Shown here in pieces: positions 53,283-63,477 of a DNA stretch of 64,000 nt; the stretch's first letter is position 1; each line of letters begins with the position of its first letter. The stretch covers positions 65,622 through 129,621 of IMG/VR virus record IMGVR_UViG_3300005683_000019; one strand, written 5' to 3'. The translations under genes and the position numbers were made by a program. This DNA comes from a virus. The notes beneath the pieces are model-generated. The model saw only the letters and a list, made by a program, of their open reading frames with translations. It was not told where the DNA came from and did not search any database.

Positions 53283-55156
53283 GTTAAATGCCATGGACGG
53301 CTTTTAATTCCACAATATTCATCAAATGCCGCGCCAATATCTAATTGAATTAAATTTTTATCTTTAAAATCATGTATCAATCTCTTGGCAGCAAAAGAAC
53401 AACAGTACAATAATATTGTGCCGTCTTTAACACATGTTTGTATGTTTGTAAATAACTCATCATATTGGTTCCATACTTTATCAGTAGTGATAATGTGTTT
53501 AAAATTTAAATGGCTATTTAAACTTTTTAAATATTCTGGACCAACAATTATAACATCTTTATCTTTTAGGACATTCAGAAACTTATCAAGTTCTCCTGTT
53601 ATGGACCATCTGGCGAACAATCCGCCATCAAATATATCCAGGTCTTTTATATATTCGTAAATATTTTTACTTATAGCGGGCTTCTTGAATACTTCGGTTG
53701 ATATTCCTATGGGATAATCTATTTCGCTAAGTATTGGTTTTATCTTCGTATCTACGAAATTTTGCCCATCTTTATCCCATTTTACGGAATGTATTTTATA
53801 CAGATTATTATCTTTTATGTATAATAATGATATCCATTCTCCATCATTATATCTAGCCAAAGTTAATTTTTTCCCATCTTTAATTGAACCAAAAATTAGA
53901 TCTGTAATATCATCACAGACATCTATAACATTAGATTGTTCTATAAGATTAGTTCTATTGTGCAGGATATTAAAAATTTTATTATCTATTATACTCGCCG
54001 GACATATCTGACGATAGATATTTATTTTTTCCATATTGATTGAAGAATTAAGAAAATCAAAAATTTTCTGTTGCTGATTTTCATATGAAAACATTTTAAA
54101 AGAATGTTTTTGTATATTACTAGACATGACTTGCAATAAATTACGATCATCGTGTAATTTTTTTATATGTCTAATAATATTCCTATAATCATCTTTTTCC
54201 ACTATGAACAATGAATTTTCAGGGTATTGCATGTACTTATTAGTGTCATGCACATCGGTAGTAATTAATACTGCACCTTCTAGTGCTGCCTCTATACCAA
54301 GAGGCCAGCCGTTGAAAGCCTTTCCATCTTCAAGATTTAAAACAATATCTATTTTATCCCTATAGAATTTCTGCAATTGTTTTATTGGCATTGGTTCTAT
54401 AGGAATAATGTTCTTAGAATGTTTACAATTTCCTATTCCTATGAACTCAATATTATCACTTGGATACATCTCTTTATATTTTTCAGCTATTAGTTTAAAT
54501 AATGGGGCGCCCTTTCTATCTGGAGATCCTAAGTTACTAAAAGCTATTTTAATCGTTTGATTATTTTTTTTCTTTAAATGTGGAATATCATTTTTTTGTA
54601 ATTGCGTGCTACCTAATACTTCTATATTATTTCTATGATTTATATCTTGTAGCCATTTTGTTGTTATCGGATTAGTTGAAATAATTCTAGTGGCTTTATC
54701 CATTCCTTGTAAATCGCCCTTTGCGGCTAATCCTCCGCCTGGGTACAAATGTATAAATTGTTTATTTTTAGGCACTTGAAAACTTTCATTAAATTTCTTA
54801 TACATTGACAAAAATATATGATATATTATATTATATTTTTTTATATCAAATGTTGTCTGTTTTGTGAATAGATAAGAAAAATTATTATTTGTATTAAACT
54901 TTGTACCATCAATTATTTTATTGTATTTATTTAAGTAATTGAATTTACTATCAAATATAATTATATTATAATTGTTTAGTCGAAATTCCTCTTCTGTATC
55001 TTCATAATCTACATCATATTGCACACCAGCATAACTGTTAATTTTGTGGACTAAAAAATCTGTAGAGTATTCATTTATAAATGATTTACATTCTTCAGTT
55101 CTCCATTTTGCATATTTACTAGGGAACAATATATCAGTTATTAGGATCATATTCAT
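53279..55156 (-). CDS. Two-domain glycosyltransferase (GT-B-like plus GT-D-like)
   Basis: RKG..L, GWPLGIEAALEG.VLITT; C-terminal ARYNDGE...LDIGAAFD. Confidence 0.7.
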   Translation of the reverse strand: MNMILITDILFPSKYAKWRTEECKSFINEYSTDFLVHKINSYAGVQYDVDYEDTEEEFRLNNYNIIIFDSKFNYLNKYNKIIDGTKFNTNNNFSYLFTKQTTFDIKKYNIIYHIFLSMYKKFNESFQVPKNKQFIHLYPGGGLAAKGDLQGMDKATRIISTNPITTKWLQDINHRNNIEVLGSTQLQKNDIPHLKKKNNQTIKIAFSNLGSPDRKGAPLFKLIAEKYKEMYPSDNIEFIGIGNCKHSKNIIPIEPMPIKQLQKFYRDKIDIVLNLEDGKAFNGWPLGIEAALEGAVLITTDVHDTNKYMQYPENSLFIVEKDDYRNIIRHIKKLHDDRNLLQVMSSNIQKHSFKMFSYENQQQKIFDFLNSSINMEKINIYRQICPASIIDNKIFNILHNRTNLIEQSNVIDVCDDITDLIFGSIKDGKKLTLARYNDGEWISLLYIKDNNLYKIHSVKWDKDGQNFVDTKIKPILSEIDYPIGISTEVFKKPAISKNIYEYIKDLDIFDGGLFARWSITGELDKFLNVLKDKDVIIVGPEYLKSLNSHLNFKHIITTDKVWNQYDELFTNIQTCVKDGTILLYCCSFAAKRLIHDFKDKNLIQLDIGAAFDEYCGIKSRPWHLT

Positions 55157-56144
55157 TAACTATTTTAATCATATATTCTATTTGCTCGTCTGTCATTGTA
55201 TCATATATTGGCAGATTTATAATTTTGTCATAAAGATTCATTGAAAGTGGAAGTGGCAATAACGGCTTATAATACTTATTAGCTTCTATACTATTATCTC
55301 TAAAATAATCCACTTGTATATTGCTGTTAAACACTAATGGTATATTACCATAAAAAACGCCATCACTGTAGTTAAATATATTAATATTTTTGTTACATAT
55401 TCCACTTAATATATGATTTTGTATTTGCAGATGCTTTGAAATGGAATAATTATCTATATGTTGTAATATTAATGCTGCTGATACATCTGACATTTTAAAA
55501 TTAGAAGAATTTATCTTAAATTGTTTTTCTAGATTAAATCCAAATCCTATTATACGCTGTATTTCATTGTACATGTATTCATCCAACACTATAAACCCAC
55601 CTTCGCCGAAACCCAAGGTTTTAGTATGATGTAAGGAAGAAAACGATATATCGCCCATTAAACATATATTTTTTCCAAAATTATCAATGCTCATAAAAGA
55701 TGAAGCATTATCATATATTGTAAATTTATTCGAGTGTACGTTAGAAACTAATGTTCCGAATAGATTTGTTAGTATTACCCCAAAAAACGGTTCAGAATCA
55801 AAATCGTGGTTAAAACCGTATGTATTTTCATCTATATCAAATATTTCTGTGTTAGAATAATTTACAACGCATGATGGAAATGTAAAAGCTGGCGTTGCCC
55901 ACTTTACGATTTTACCATGTATCTCATTAAGATAGAACATTATCGCATGAAGGGCTGTTGTACCGTTATTAACACATAAGACTTTTTTCCCAATGGGTAA
56001 GTTTATCATTTCTGATAAACGATCTTCTAATATCTTTTTAACTGGCCCATTGTTTGTAAAATGATTTGCATTAGATGAATAATTTAAATATTTTTCAACT
56101 TTATTATAATCTATTCTTTTATTTTGTATGTAATTAATTTTCAT
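55134..56144 (-). CDS. DegT/DnrJ/EryC1/StrS PLP sugar aminotransferase
   Basis: NNGTTAL, YDNASS, SLHHTKTLGFGEGG, NFKMSD. Confidence 0.9.
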   Translation of the reverse strand: MKINYIQNKRIDYNKVEKYLNYSSNANHFTNNGPVKKILEDRLSEMINLPIGKKVLCVNNGTTALHAIMFYLNEIHGKIVKWATPAFTFPSCVVNYSNTEIFDIDENTYGFNHDFDSEPFFGVILTNLFGTLVSNVHSNKFTIYDNASSFMSIDNFGKNICLMGDISFSSLHHTKTLGFGEGGFIVLDEYMYNEIQRIIGFGFNLEKQFKINSSNFKMSDVSAALILQHIDNYSISKHLQIQNHILSGICNKNINIFNYSDGVFYGNIPLVFNSNIQVDYFRDNSIEANKYYKPLLPLPLSMNLYDKIINLPIYDTMTDEQIEYMIKIVNEYDPNN

Positions 56145-56895
56145 CTATTAGACAATGTCCTTGTATATTATCCCTATTAAACCAACTACGACTCTTGATG
56201 CCGGACCATGCATCTAATGTTGCGCCCATATCTATAGCTATTTTACTATAGTCATTTTTTAATATAACACCCAAATCTTTTGCAGTTAAACTTACACCAT
56301 ATAATACTATTTTTTGTTTTATATTTTTTATCTCTTGTAAAAGATCAATTCTGTTATTATTAACTAATGTGGTAGTAACATCACAACGCAGTATATCTGA
56401 TAATTTATTGCAATTAATTGATATATTTGGAGTTATTATATTTATTGGCTCTCCATTTATTATATTCGATAAATTATGAGGATCGCCTAATAGTTTTCCG
56501 CGAGTGATTTGATGATCGCATATCATATTTCGCGTCGTTAAACTATTAACATATGATTTCTTTATGGACCATGTAGTTGGTGAGCAATTTATTTTTTGAC
56601 ACACTTCATTATTCTTATCAATTATACCTATAATATCAGAATATTTTATCGCATTATCAATCTGTTCTTTACATTTTAATCTAAATGTATTGTAGTCTTT
56701 TTCCTTTATATCCCACAATCTGCATATTTTCTTGACCAAAAATTCCGGAGCATTGTCATTTAAAATATATATTTCTCCATCTCCTATTCTAGAGAGCGAA
56801 AATGGAATTGATTTTTTGATGCGTGTTTTCATTATTTCTACTGTATCTGATTCTGTTAAATTTGGTTCAATATATTGGTCTGAATGGACATGCAT
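56134..56895 (-). CDS. GT-D-fold-like glycosyltransferase
   Basis: SLSRIGDGE; AIDMGATLDAW. Confidence 0.7.
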   Translation of the reverse strand: MHVHSDQYIEPNLTESDTVEIMKTRIKKSIPFSLSRIGDGEIYILNDNAPEFLVKKICRLWDIKEKDYNTFRLKCKEQIDNAIKYSDIIGIIDKNNEVCQKINCSPTTWSIKKSYVNSLTTRNMICDHQITRGKLLGDPHNLSNIINGEPINIITPNISINCNKLSDILRCDVTTTLVNNNRIDLLQEIKNIKQKIVLYGVSLTAKDLGVILKNDYSKIAIDMGATLDAWSGIKSRSWFNRDNIQGHCLIDEN

Positions 56896-57646
56896 TATAC
56901 AATTTCTTTAAATCTATATTTATGTCATATTGTTCAAAACTAGCCAATATATCTTTTATGTTAGTTTGTTGCTCAATCTTATAACTATTACAATGCTCTC
57001 GACCAACAGAGGAGAAATAATCTCTAAACTTAAACCCGCCGCCTATTACTTTATCGGAATATTCTAACCATTTTGACGGAACACCATATGCATCTGCGGC
57101 AATTAAACCGTGCAATGAACTAGAAGCAATCATTTCACATTCTAGTATTCTATCTATAACATTGTTTATACCAGATAATATATCTATAACCTGAACCTCT
57201 TTTGATTTATTATGTTTAAACCATTCATTATTTTTATCTATATAATGGGGGATTATTCCCAATTTATATTTTTTTCTGATGTTTTCAGGTTTATAATATT
57301 TTGGATATAATAACGCCGGATCTCCGTAAATTTCCGGGCAATCAAATCCCTGTGATAATATTATATCTCGTGTTAATTTACCTCTAACTGCACATATATT
57401 TTTAGGTTTTTGTTTTAGTTGTCTGGAGCCTGAAAGAAAACCAGCCCCCCATATAATAGAAGATGCATCTGCTCTCTGTAGTATGCTACCTATGCAAATA
57501 TATTTTTCAATAGAATTCCCATGATTTATCCAAACTACTCTTTTTTTCGAGATTTTTTCTATCAAAATCTTGTTAAGCGCATCGCCCCAATTATTTCGTT
57601 CAGCCGAATTCACCGGATTGAACCAGAAAGCATTAATAGTATTCAT
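56867..57646 (-). CDS. Polysaccharide pyruvyl transferase family protein
   Basis: NWGD, GSIL, AVRG.LT, GDPALL, SSSLHGLIAADAYGVP. Confidence 0.9.
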   Translation of the reverse strand: MNTINAFWFNPVNSAERNNWGDALNKILIEKISKKRVVWINHGNSIEKYICIGSILQRADASSIIWGAGFLSGSRQLKQKPKNICAVRGKLTRDIILSQGFDCPEIYGDPALLYPKYYKPENIRKKYKLGIIPHYIDKNNEWFKHNKSKEVQVIDILSGINNVIDRILECEMIASSSLHGLIAADAYGVPSKWLEYSDKVIGGGFKFRDYFSSVGREHCNSYKIEQQTNIKDILASFEQYDINIDLKKLYNACPFRPIY

Positions 57647-57653
57647 ATATTCC

Positions 57654-58535
57654 TTACATTACAAGAATTTTACCATACGCACTATTGCAGAGAGAATCAA
57701 ACCAATAATGTAACGTGTGTGAAAGTGCATTTAATATATCATTGGCGGTTTCTTCATCTTGAAGATTAAGAAATCCCCTTCCAAACTTTAATCTCGTCGG
57801 CGCTCGGTTGAATTGTATTCTACCGGTGACTATATATTGGGCAAACAATTCATTTAGTATTTCAAACCATTCGCGTATCTTTCCATCTCTAGCGGATTTA
57901 AACGTGCACACTTGGCTGCCGATTTGTTTAAATAATAATTGTTTTTGTCTATCATTAAGATTAAGATATTGTTGCGCATTAGTATCTGAAATATGTTTGC
58001 TAAACGTCTGTGTTTGTATGCCATAACATTCAATCAAATCATTAAAAGCTTCTCTTAGACTATTTCCAGCCTCTCTATATTCTTGAAATTGTGCATGCGT
58101 TTGGCCATATCTCGTATAATCATTTTTAGAAAGTGCATGCGCAATTCTGTGAGATATTATCCACGGTGTCATCGGAACTCCCTGCTCGCCTTTATTATTC
58201 GTGAATATTACATTTATCGCATCTTCTTCTAACTTATTAAAAATATAATTATAAATTTCATCTCCGAGATTTTGTTTAACCCAATTTAAAGATACAACCC
58301 CAATTTCGGTATGCCGGTTAGCTTCTTTCGAATTAATAAAATACAAATTTAAATTATGCTCGGTCTTTCCAAGTTTTTGTTTTGTATTATTGATAGATTT
58401 AGGCGAAGTAATTATTGCCCTGTCGCGCTTTTTAAATGAATGGGATTTACTAAAATCGCCAAATGTTTTATAGTCAGTTACAGGAGCTTCTGTCAAATAT
58501 TCTATAAATGATTTCATAGTATTATATGTTGACAA
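57654..58535 (-). CDS. Hypothetical protein, possibly internal head protein
   Basis: N-terminal MKSFIEYLTEA. Confidence 0.65.
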   Translation of the reverse strand: MSTYNTMKSFIEYLTEAPVTDYKTFGDFSKSHSFKKRDRAIITSPKSINNTKQKLGKTEHNLNLYFINSKEANRHTEIGVVSLNWVKQNLGDEIYNYIFNKLEEDAINVIFTNNKGEQGVPMTPWIISHRIAHALSKNDYTRYGQTHAQFQEYREAGNSLREAFNDLIECYGIQTQTFSKHISDTNAQQYLNLNDRQKQLLFKQIGSQVCTFKSARDGKIREWFEILNELFAQYIVTGRIQFNRAPTRLKFGRGFLNLQDEETANDILNALSHTLHYWFDSLCNSAYGKILVM

Positions 58536-58891
58536 TTCATTTCGACTTTAATTTGAAGTGACTCATAATTTGAATATGATGACTCCGAGGTTACACATTT
58601 AATTTTTGCGTTATGTATATAAAATATTCTAGCGGGATTTAAATCATTATCCAAATATTTAATTTCAATGTTAAGATCACTATTTAATATTGAATTAATC
58701 GCTTCTAAGACCAACCCTTTATTATCGATTTCGAAGTCAGCATATACTTTTGAATCTTTTTCTTGTTTTTTTAATGCCACGCTTATGATTTGTAATGATA
58801 AAATTTCCGCATATTCTTCCTGGATATTCTTTATTGAAAATCTAAATTTATGTGAAAAAATTGGTGGTATTATGCTTGACGTACTGTCCAT
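58514..58891 (-). CDS. Tail-tube-like fold protein
   Basis: PPIFSHKFRF...IKYLD pattern; weak. Confidence 0.4.
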   Translation of the reverse strand: MDSTSSIIPPIFSHKFRFSIKNIQEEYAEILSLQIISVALKKQEKDSKVYADFEIDNKGLVLEAINSILNSDLNIEIKYLDNDLNPARIFYIHNAKIKCVTSESSYSNYESLQIKVEMNCQHIIL

Positions 58892-58904
58892 ATAGTTACT
58901 CGTT

Positions 58905-59384
58905 TTAAATATTTATAGATCTTGATATGGATTTAAATGAATATGTTAATTTATGTGTAACTAACGCAGAAATCGCATAATTACCAGATGTTCTATTTAA
59001 TATCAATTCACAATCGTTCAATTTTGTTACTGACAATATTCCTGCATCGCCGTCTAGATATTTTATAATAAAACTTCCACGGTTAATTTTTGGGATCAAT
59101 GACAAAACTTTATTTGTAACATCTTCTTCTATTTCTAAAGTGAATAAATTGCTAAATTGTGATACAAAACATTCTTGAATATTAAAATTTGTAACTTGAT
59201 TTTTAAATATTACTTTTTCTTTTTCGTCCAATACATCATTTATAATATCTATACAGAATCGATTACTTGTTTTTGGATGAAGAATGCCTCCATATAATTC
59301 AACCTCTTTTTTTCTTCTATCTTGCATAGATTTTTGGATTTTTGTTAATTCTTCGGCTATGATATTCTCTGATATGTATGACAT
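58905..59384 (-). CDS. Tail-tube-like fold protein
   Basis: NRFCI...QV...IKYLDGD...L.DC; apparent paralog of neighbour. Confidence 0.45.
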   Translation of the reverse strand: MSYISENIIAEELTKIQKSMQDRRKKEVELYGGILHPKTSNRFCIDIINDVLDEKEKVIFKNQVTNFNIQECFVSQFSNLFTLEIEEDVTNKVLSLIPKINRGSFIIKYLDGDAGILSVTKLNDCELILNRTSGNYAISALVTHKLTYSFKSISRSINI

Positions 59385-59473
59385 GTTTACATCCTTTTTG
59401 GCATATTTATGGTTGACGGTTGATGTAAAACCGGGTATGGTCGATGTTTGTGGAATCCGAAATAGGATCTCTT

Positions 59474-59617
59474 ATGATCGAAGAAAACAATATAATTCTA
59501 GAATTAGATGAGCAAGAATTCCTTTATCTTGCGCGCAAAGCTCATGAAAAAGATATAACATTAAATAAACTAATAGAAGAAATTATAATAAGGTACATGA
59601 ATGAAAAAGCTCAATGA
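59474..59617 (+). CDS. 47-aa ribbon-helix-helix-like protein
   Basis: LARKAHEKDITLNKLIEEII. Confidence 0.55.
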   Translation: MIEENNIILELDEQEFLYLARKAHEKDITLNKLIEEIIIRYMNEKAQ

Positions 59618-60104
59618 AAATTATACAATATATCTTGACGCCGATGGCGTACTATGCGATTTTGAAAAAAAGGTATCAGAAATAAATGGACTACCTTTTC
59701 ATAAAATTTCGCGCGGTAAGTTATGGTCTTCAATAGAAAAATATGACAAAGAAGTAGAACCTTTCTTTGAAAATCTGGAAAAAATGCCTGACGCCGATGA
59801 ATTGCTAAATTTTGTAAATAACAATTTTATCAATATTTTCATATTAACTGCATGCGGCAATACTCCCAAGAACGCCGCACAGCAGAAGAGAAATTGGTTT
59901 AGAAAGAATTATCCTAATCTTATAGTGAAGACTGTGCAGGATAGCAAAGATAAAGCTAAATTTGCTAATTCTAACTCTATATTGGTGGATGATAGATCTA
60001 AATCTATTGATCCTTGGAAAAGTGCGGGTGGTATAGGCATTTTACATACATCTGCAAGAAATTCTATTGAAGAAATAAACATGCTGTTAGATCTATGTAT
60101 CTAA
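59601..60104 (+). CDS. HAD-family 5'(3')-deoxyribonucleotidase
   Basis: LDADGVLCDF; ILTA; LVDD. Confidence 0.85.
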   Translation: MKKLNENYTIYLDADGVLCDFEKKVSEINGLPFHKISRGKLWSSIEKYDKEVEPFFENLEKMPDADELLNFVNNNFINIFILTACGNTPKNAAQQKRNWFRKNYPNLIVKTVQDSKDKAKFANSNSILVDDRSKSIDPWKSAGGIGILHTSARNSIEEINMLLDLCI

Positions 60105-60118
60105 CAGCATTTTTAAAC

Positions 60119-61249
60119 TTAAACTGTATTAATTGTGATATTTAATACTTCACCGACGCTTAAATTAACATTATATGGTTTTGGCGTAGAACATTCTTTA
60201 AACCCATCAAACCCTGCACCAAATCTATAACCATAAAGTCTTATTTCGCCATCTCCCGTCGATGGGGTAGATATACTTTCTGCTAAAGTTATAGTGGTGA
60301 TATCTGAAACAGTATCATATGACTGACCAGATATTCTATATTCTACCACATCATTTATATCTGGATTAAAATGCCAAACTCTTCTCGGTGCTATAAGTCC
60401 AGTGCGCAATTGAATTGACCCATGGACAGTGCCGTTCAAATGGTTGAATATATTATTGTTTCTTATTTCTATTTCTGTGTCGCCATTTACCAAGGTAACT
60501 GTTTTGACTTGATAAACGCCATTATTTTTATTTGGACTTGATACATTTATATAACCAGATATCAATGTCGTATTAAGCTCGTCATTTACTATTATTTCCG
60601 TCCGATTTGTTGATGGATTGTATCTAACTATTGAGGTGGCATATACGCCGTCATTGTATCTGCTTCCACTGACTCTAAAATCTTTTTTAGATTGTATTTC
60701 CGACACTTTATTTCCACTAATAAAAAAACTATTTTCAGTTATATCTACTATATTTAAAGTAAAATAAGGCACTACCAAAAATAATTTATGCGTTTGAAAC
60801 GTAGAAACATGATCTCCCTCTAATGTTATTTTAGAGGATGATGGGATATTTTTAATCTGAATTCTTCTATCAAAAGTGTGATCGCCTGCTACTTGAATTT
60901 CATCTGCGGAATCATTAATATTTAAAATTGTCTCATTTACCAATAAATCAGAATTATCAAATATAAGACCGTATCCGCCTATACATTCGAATAAATCACA
61001 ACATTCAACTGCGTCAAAACCACATTCTTCATCCCATATCAGACCGAATCCGACTGGTCCACATAAGGCTCTATTCTTTTTAGTTATATCTATAGTATGG
61101 TTTTCATCAACGGTTATTGTAATATATTCATTAAATCTATACTTCTCCACAACTTCCAACAGTTTTGTGTGATATGGTTTTACTTCCAAGAAATATTTTA
61201 TTAATGCATCTATTGGTTTAACTAAACCGGGTCGCAATTCACAAGTCAT
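60119..61249 (-). CDS. Probable virion structural protein
   Basis: LIKYFLEVKPYHTKL motif; beta-rich. Confidence 0.55.
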   Translation of the reverse strand: MTCELRPGLVKPIDALIKYFLEVKPYHTKLLEVVEKYRFNEYITITVDENHTIDITKKNRALCGPVGFGLIWDEECGFDAVECCDLFECIGGYGLIFDNSDLLVNETILNINDSADEIQVAGDHTFDRRIQIKNIPSSSKITLEGDHVSTFQTHKLFLVVPYFTLNIVDITENSFFISGNKVSEIQSKKDFRVSGSRYNDGVYATSIVRYNPSTNRTEIIVNDELNTTLISGYINVSSPNKNNGVYQVKTVTLVNGDTEIEIRNNNIFNHLNGTVHGSIQLRTGLIAPRRVWHFNPDINDVVEYRISGQSYDTVSDITTITLAESISTPSTGDGEIRLYGYRFGAGFDGFKECSTPKPYNVNLSVGEVLNITINTV

Positions 61250-61278
61250 TTATTGTCCAAATTATGAATTATTTATAG

Positions 61279-61497
61279 TTATGCGACTGTCTTTTCTGGG
61301 GGTGGAGCCTCGTCTACCATATTCTGCAATCTATTTAATTCTTCTACTAAGAGTTCTAGTGATTGCCTAGTCGTCAATGCCATTGTTCTTAGTGTTGCGT
61401 CGCCAATTCGTTCTAATGGAAAATTTCTTAAAAAATCAAGAATATTTGAATCGTGTTTATAATAATCTCTAACTTCTTGAAGAGAAATAATTTTCAT
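61279..61497 (-). CDS. Hypothetical protein
   Basis: Coupled ORF. Confidence 0.55.
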   Translation of the reverse strand: MKIISLQEVRDYYKHDSNILDFLRNFPLERIGDATLRTMALTTRQSLELLVEELNRLQNMVDEAPPPEKTVA

Positions 61498-61682
61498 TTC
61501 GAGTCCTTTTTATGTTTATCCGCTGTATCTGTTATGATTATGCCAACTTTTTCTAAAAAATCCGAGTGAAATGATTTACGCGGTTTAAGCTTTTTCTTTC
61601 GAAGCATATGTGCTGTTTCGGTTAAAAACAATATTTGTTCATCTAGCACTTCAGGGTCGGAGATTTTTTCTAATTTCTTCAT
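61494..61682 (-). CDS. Hypothetical protein
   Basis: 62-aa ORF. Confidence 0.5.
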   Translation of the reverse strand: MKKLEKISDPEVLDEQILFLTETAHMLRKKKLKPRKSFHSDFLEKVGIIITDTADKHKKDSK

Positions 61683-61702
61683 GGATAATCCAAATTATGT
61701 TT

Positions 61703-62695
61703 TTATTTATTCATTATTTGGAAATTTACATAAGCTTCTCCTGCTGTCATGGTGGAGTCTACGACTAATCTACTAGTATATAGTATACCATTTTTTATTA
61801 CGGAGTCCGTTATATCTTTAACGTCGTCATCATATCTAGGATAACATATGTTCCATCCATGTGAAATCCCTATATCTACCATTCTATCGGAAGTACCTGA
61901 TTTATCTGACACTAATATTTTAATTTTTTTACATTTAGATAACAATTCTATTTGTTCATTTGTTATATGATTCTCCATTAGCGCCACACCTTTAAGATGA
62001 AAGGCGTCATAGAAGCCTTCCGTCACATACAAGAATTTATTAGAATCATACAACCTATCCATAAAATACATGGAACCAAGTCTTGGTCTATCAACCGATA
62101 CATATTTTTTTCCAATTCCTAATAAGTCTCTAGACTGATAATATATCATTTTATTGTCATGATAAGCAGGTATTATTAATCTATTTTTCATGAATTTTGC
62201 TTTTGCATTTTCATCTACCGAATCTGCGGATTTTCCACTGGACAAATAAAATGTATAATCTGAAATCGCTATAGCTTTGGATGCCAGATGATCTAATGCA
62301 ACATTGTATAGAGGATGACTGTAAGCCTCTGACAATTTTATAAAATGGTCAGGTTCTTGTATATAATTGAAATATACTTTTGTTTTTTTGGGCAGAGCAT
62401 CTGTTTTACATAAAAAATTATTTAAGTGAATAATTTTATTAATAGGTATATTGAAACTTGAAAGGATTTCTTTCGCCTTCTTCCCTATAATATAAGGCGG
62501 TTCCAAGCGAAGACTTACGCCACAATTAAAACAATGGTATGATGCGGTATCGTCGTCTAAGTTCCATGCTCCTCTTGGTCCTTTTGTCCTACTGCCATCG
62601 CCACAGTATTCACAATAAACTTTCCTCCACCCTTTAGATGATGGAGATCTGAAGTGAACTGAATCTGATATGATGTCTTCTAAAGTTTCATTCAT
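61703..62695 (-). CDS. DNA primase, T4 gp61-like
   Basis: CEYCGD...HCFNCG zinc finger; TOPRIM VTEG.YDA, SDK, KDITD. Confidence 0.85.
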   Translation of the reverse strand: MNETLEDIISDSVHFRSPSSKGWRKVYCEYCGDGSRTKGPRGAWNLDDDTASYHCFNCGVSLRLEPPYIIGKKAKEILSSFNIPINKIIHLNNFLCKTDALPKKTKVYFNYIQEPDHFIKLSEAYSHPLYNVALDHLASKAIAISDYTFYLSSGKSADSVDENAKAKFMKNRLIIPAYHDNKMIYYQSRDLLGIGKKYVSVDRPRLGSMYFMDRLYDSNKFLYVTEGFYDAFHLKGVALMENHITNEQIELLSKCKKIKILVSDKSGTSDRMVDIGISHGWNICYPRYDDDVKDITDSVIKNGILYTSRLVVDSTMTAGEAYVNFQIMNK

Positions 62696-62730
62696 GAAGA
62701 CATCATATCACTCTTAGTCACTGAATACAA

Positions 62731-63393
62731 TCATTTTTTCTTTTTTGACTTACTATCTAAAGCTGTAAGTTTTTCTTCTTCTTTTTGTATGTTTGCTTGA
62801 CGCTCTTCAAGAATTTTATTGCGGTGATTTAATCTTTCTAGTACGTCGTCGCTATCTAGCCAAATATCTTTACCTTCAAGAACATCTTTTATTTCCGAGT
62901 CTTCTAAAAATCCTGCATATAGATCGTAAGTAAGCTCTTGGAACCAGTCCTTTGCGTGAAGAACTCGCGCCCATATTTCATTTCCTTTTCCTATAACGCC
63001 TTCAGAATAATTATGTATCATAAAACTACAATGATCATTGATAATATATTCATGTCCTGCTAGAAATATTAGAGTGGCCGCCGAACATACTTGTCCATCG
63101 ATAGACGTTACTACAGTGGCCCTAGATGACTTTATAGCATTAATAATTTGTATAGTGATATTTAAATCACCACCTGGACAATTCAAGTAAATTATAACTC
63201 TATCATGCTCTTCTGCTGTTTTCAATGTGTTGATTAAATCAAGGTATGCTCTATAATCTTCTATCTCTGAATTTATATAAAAATGATATATGTTGACTGG
63301 AATTGTCTGTTTAAAACATTTTATTGAAACTGGATCTTGCTGTGGAAACATTATTACTTCATGTGATGCCGGAAAGTCATTTTTCTTCGTCAT
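62731..63393 (-). CDS. ClpP-like serine protease
   Basis: IYLNCPGG, CSAATLIFLAG, MIHNYS; start corrected to MTKK. Confidence 0.85.
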   Translation of the reverse strand: MTKKNDFPASHEVIMFPQQDPVSIKCFKQTIPVNIYHFYINSEIEDYRAYLDLINTLKTAEEHDRVIIYLNCPGGDLNITIQIINAIKSSRATVVTSIDGQVCSAATLIFLAGHEYIINDHCSFMIHNYSEGVIGKGNEIWARVLHAKDWFQELTYDLYAGFLEDSEIKDVLEGKDIWLDSDDVLERLNHRNKILEERQANIQKEEEKLTALDSKSKKKK

Positions 63394-63447
63394 TATTTTT
63401 TCCCTTTTGACCAACGTATTTATTACAGAATCAGAAAGATGCAAAAG

Positions 63448-63477
63448 AAAAATGGCAGCCAAAAGCTGCCATTTTTT
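63448..63477 (-). terminator. tmRNA terminator
   Basis: AAAAATGGCAGC-loop-GCTGCCATTTTT. Confidence 0.75.
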
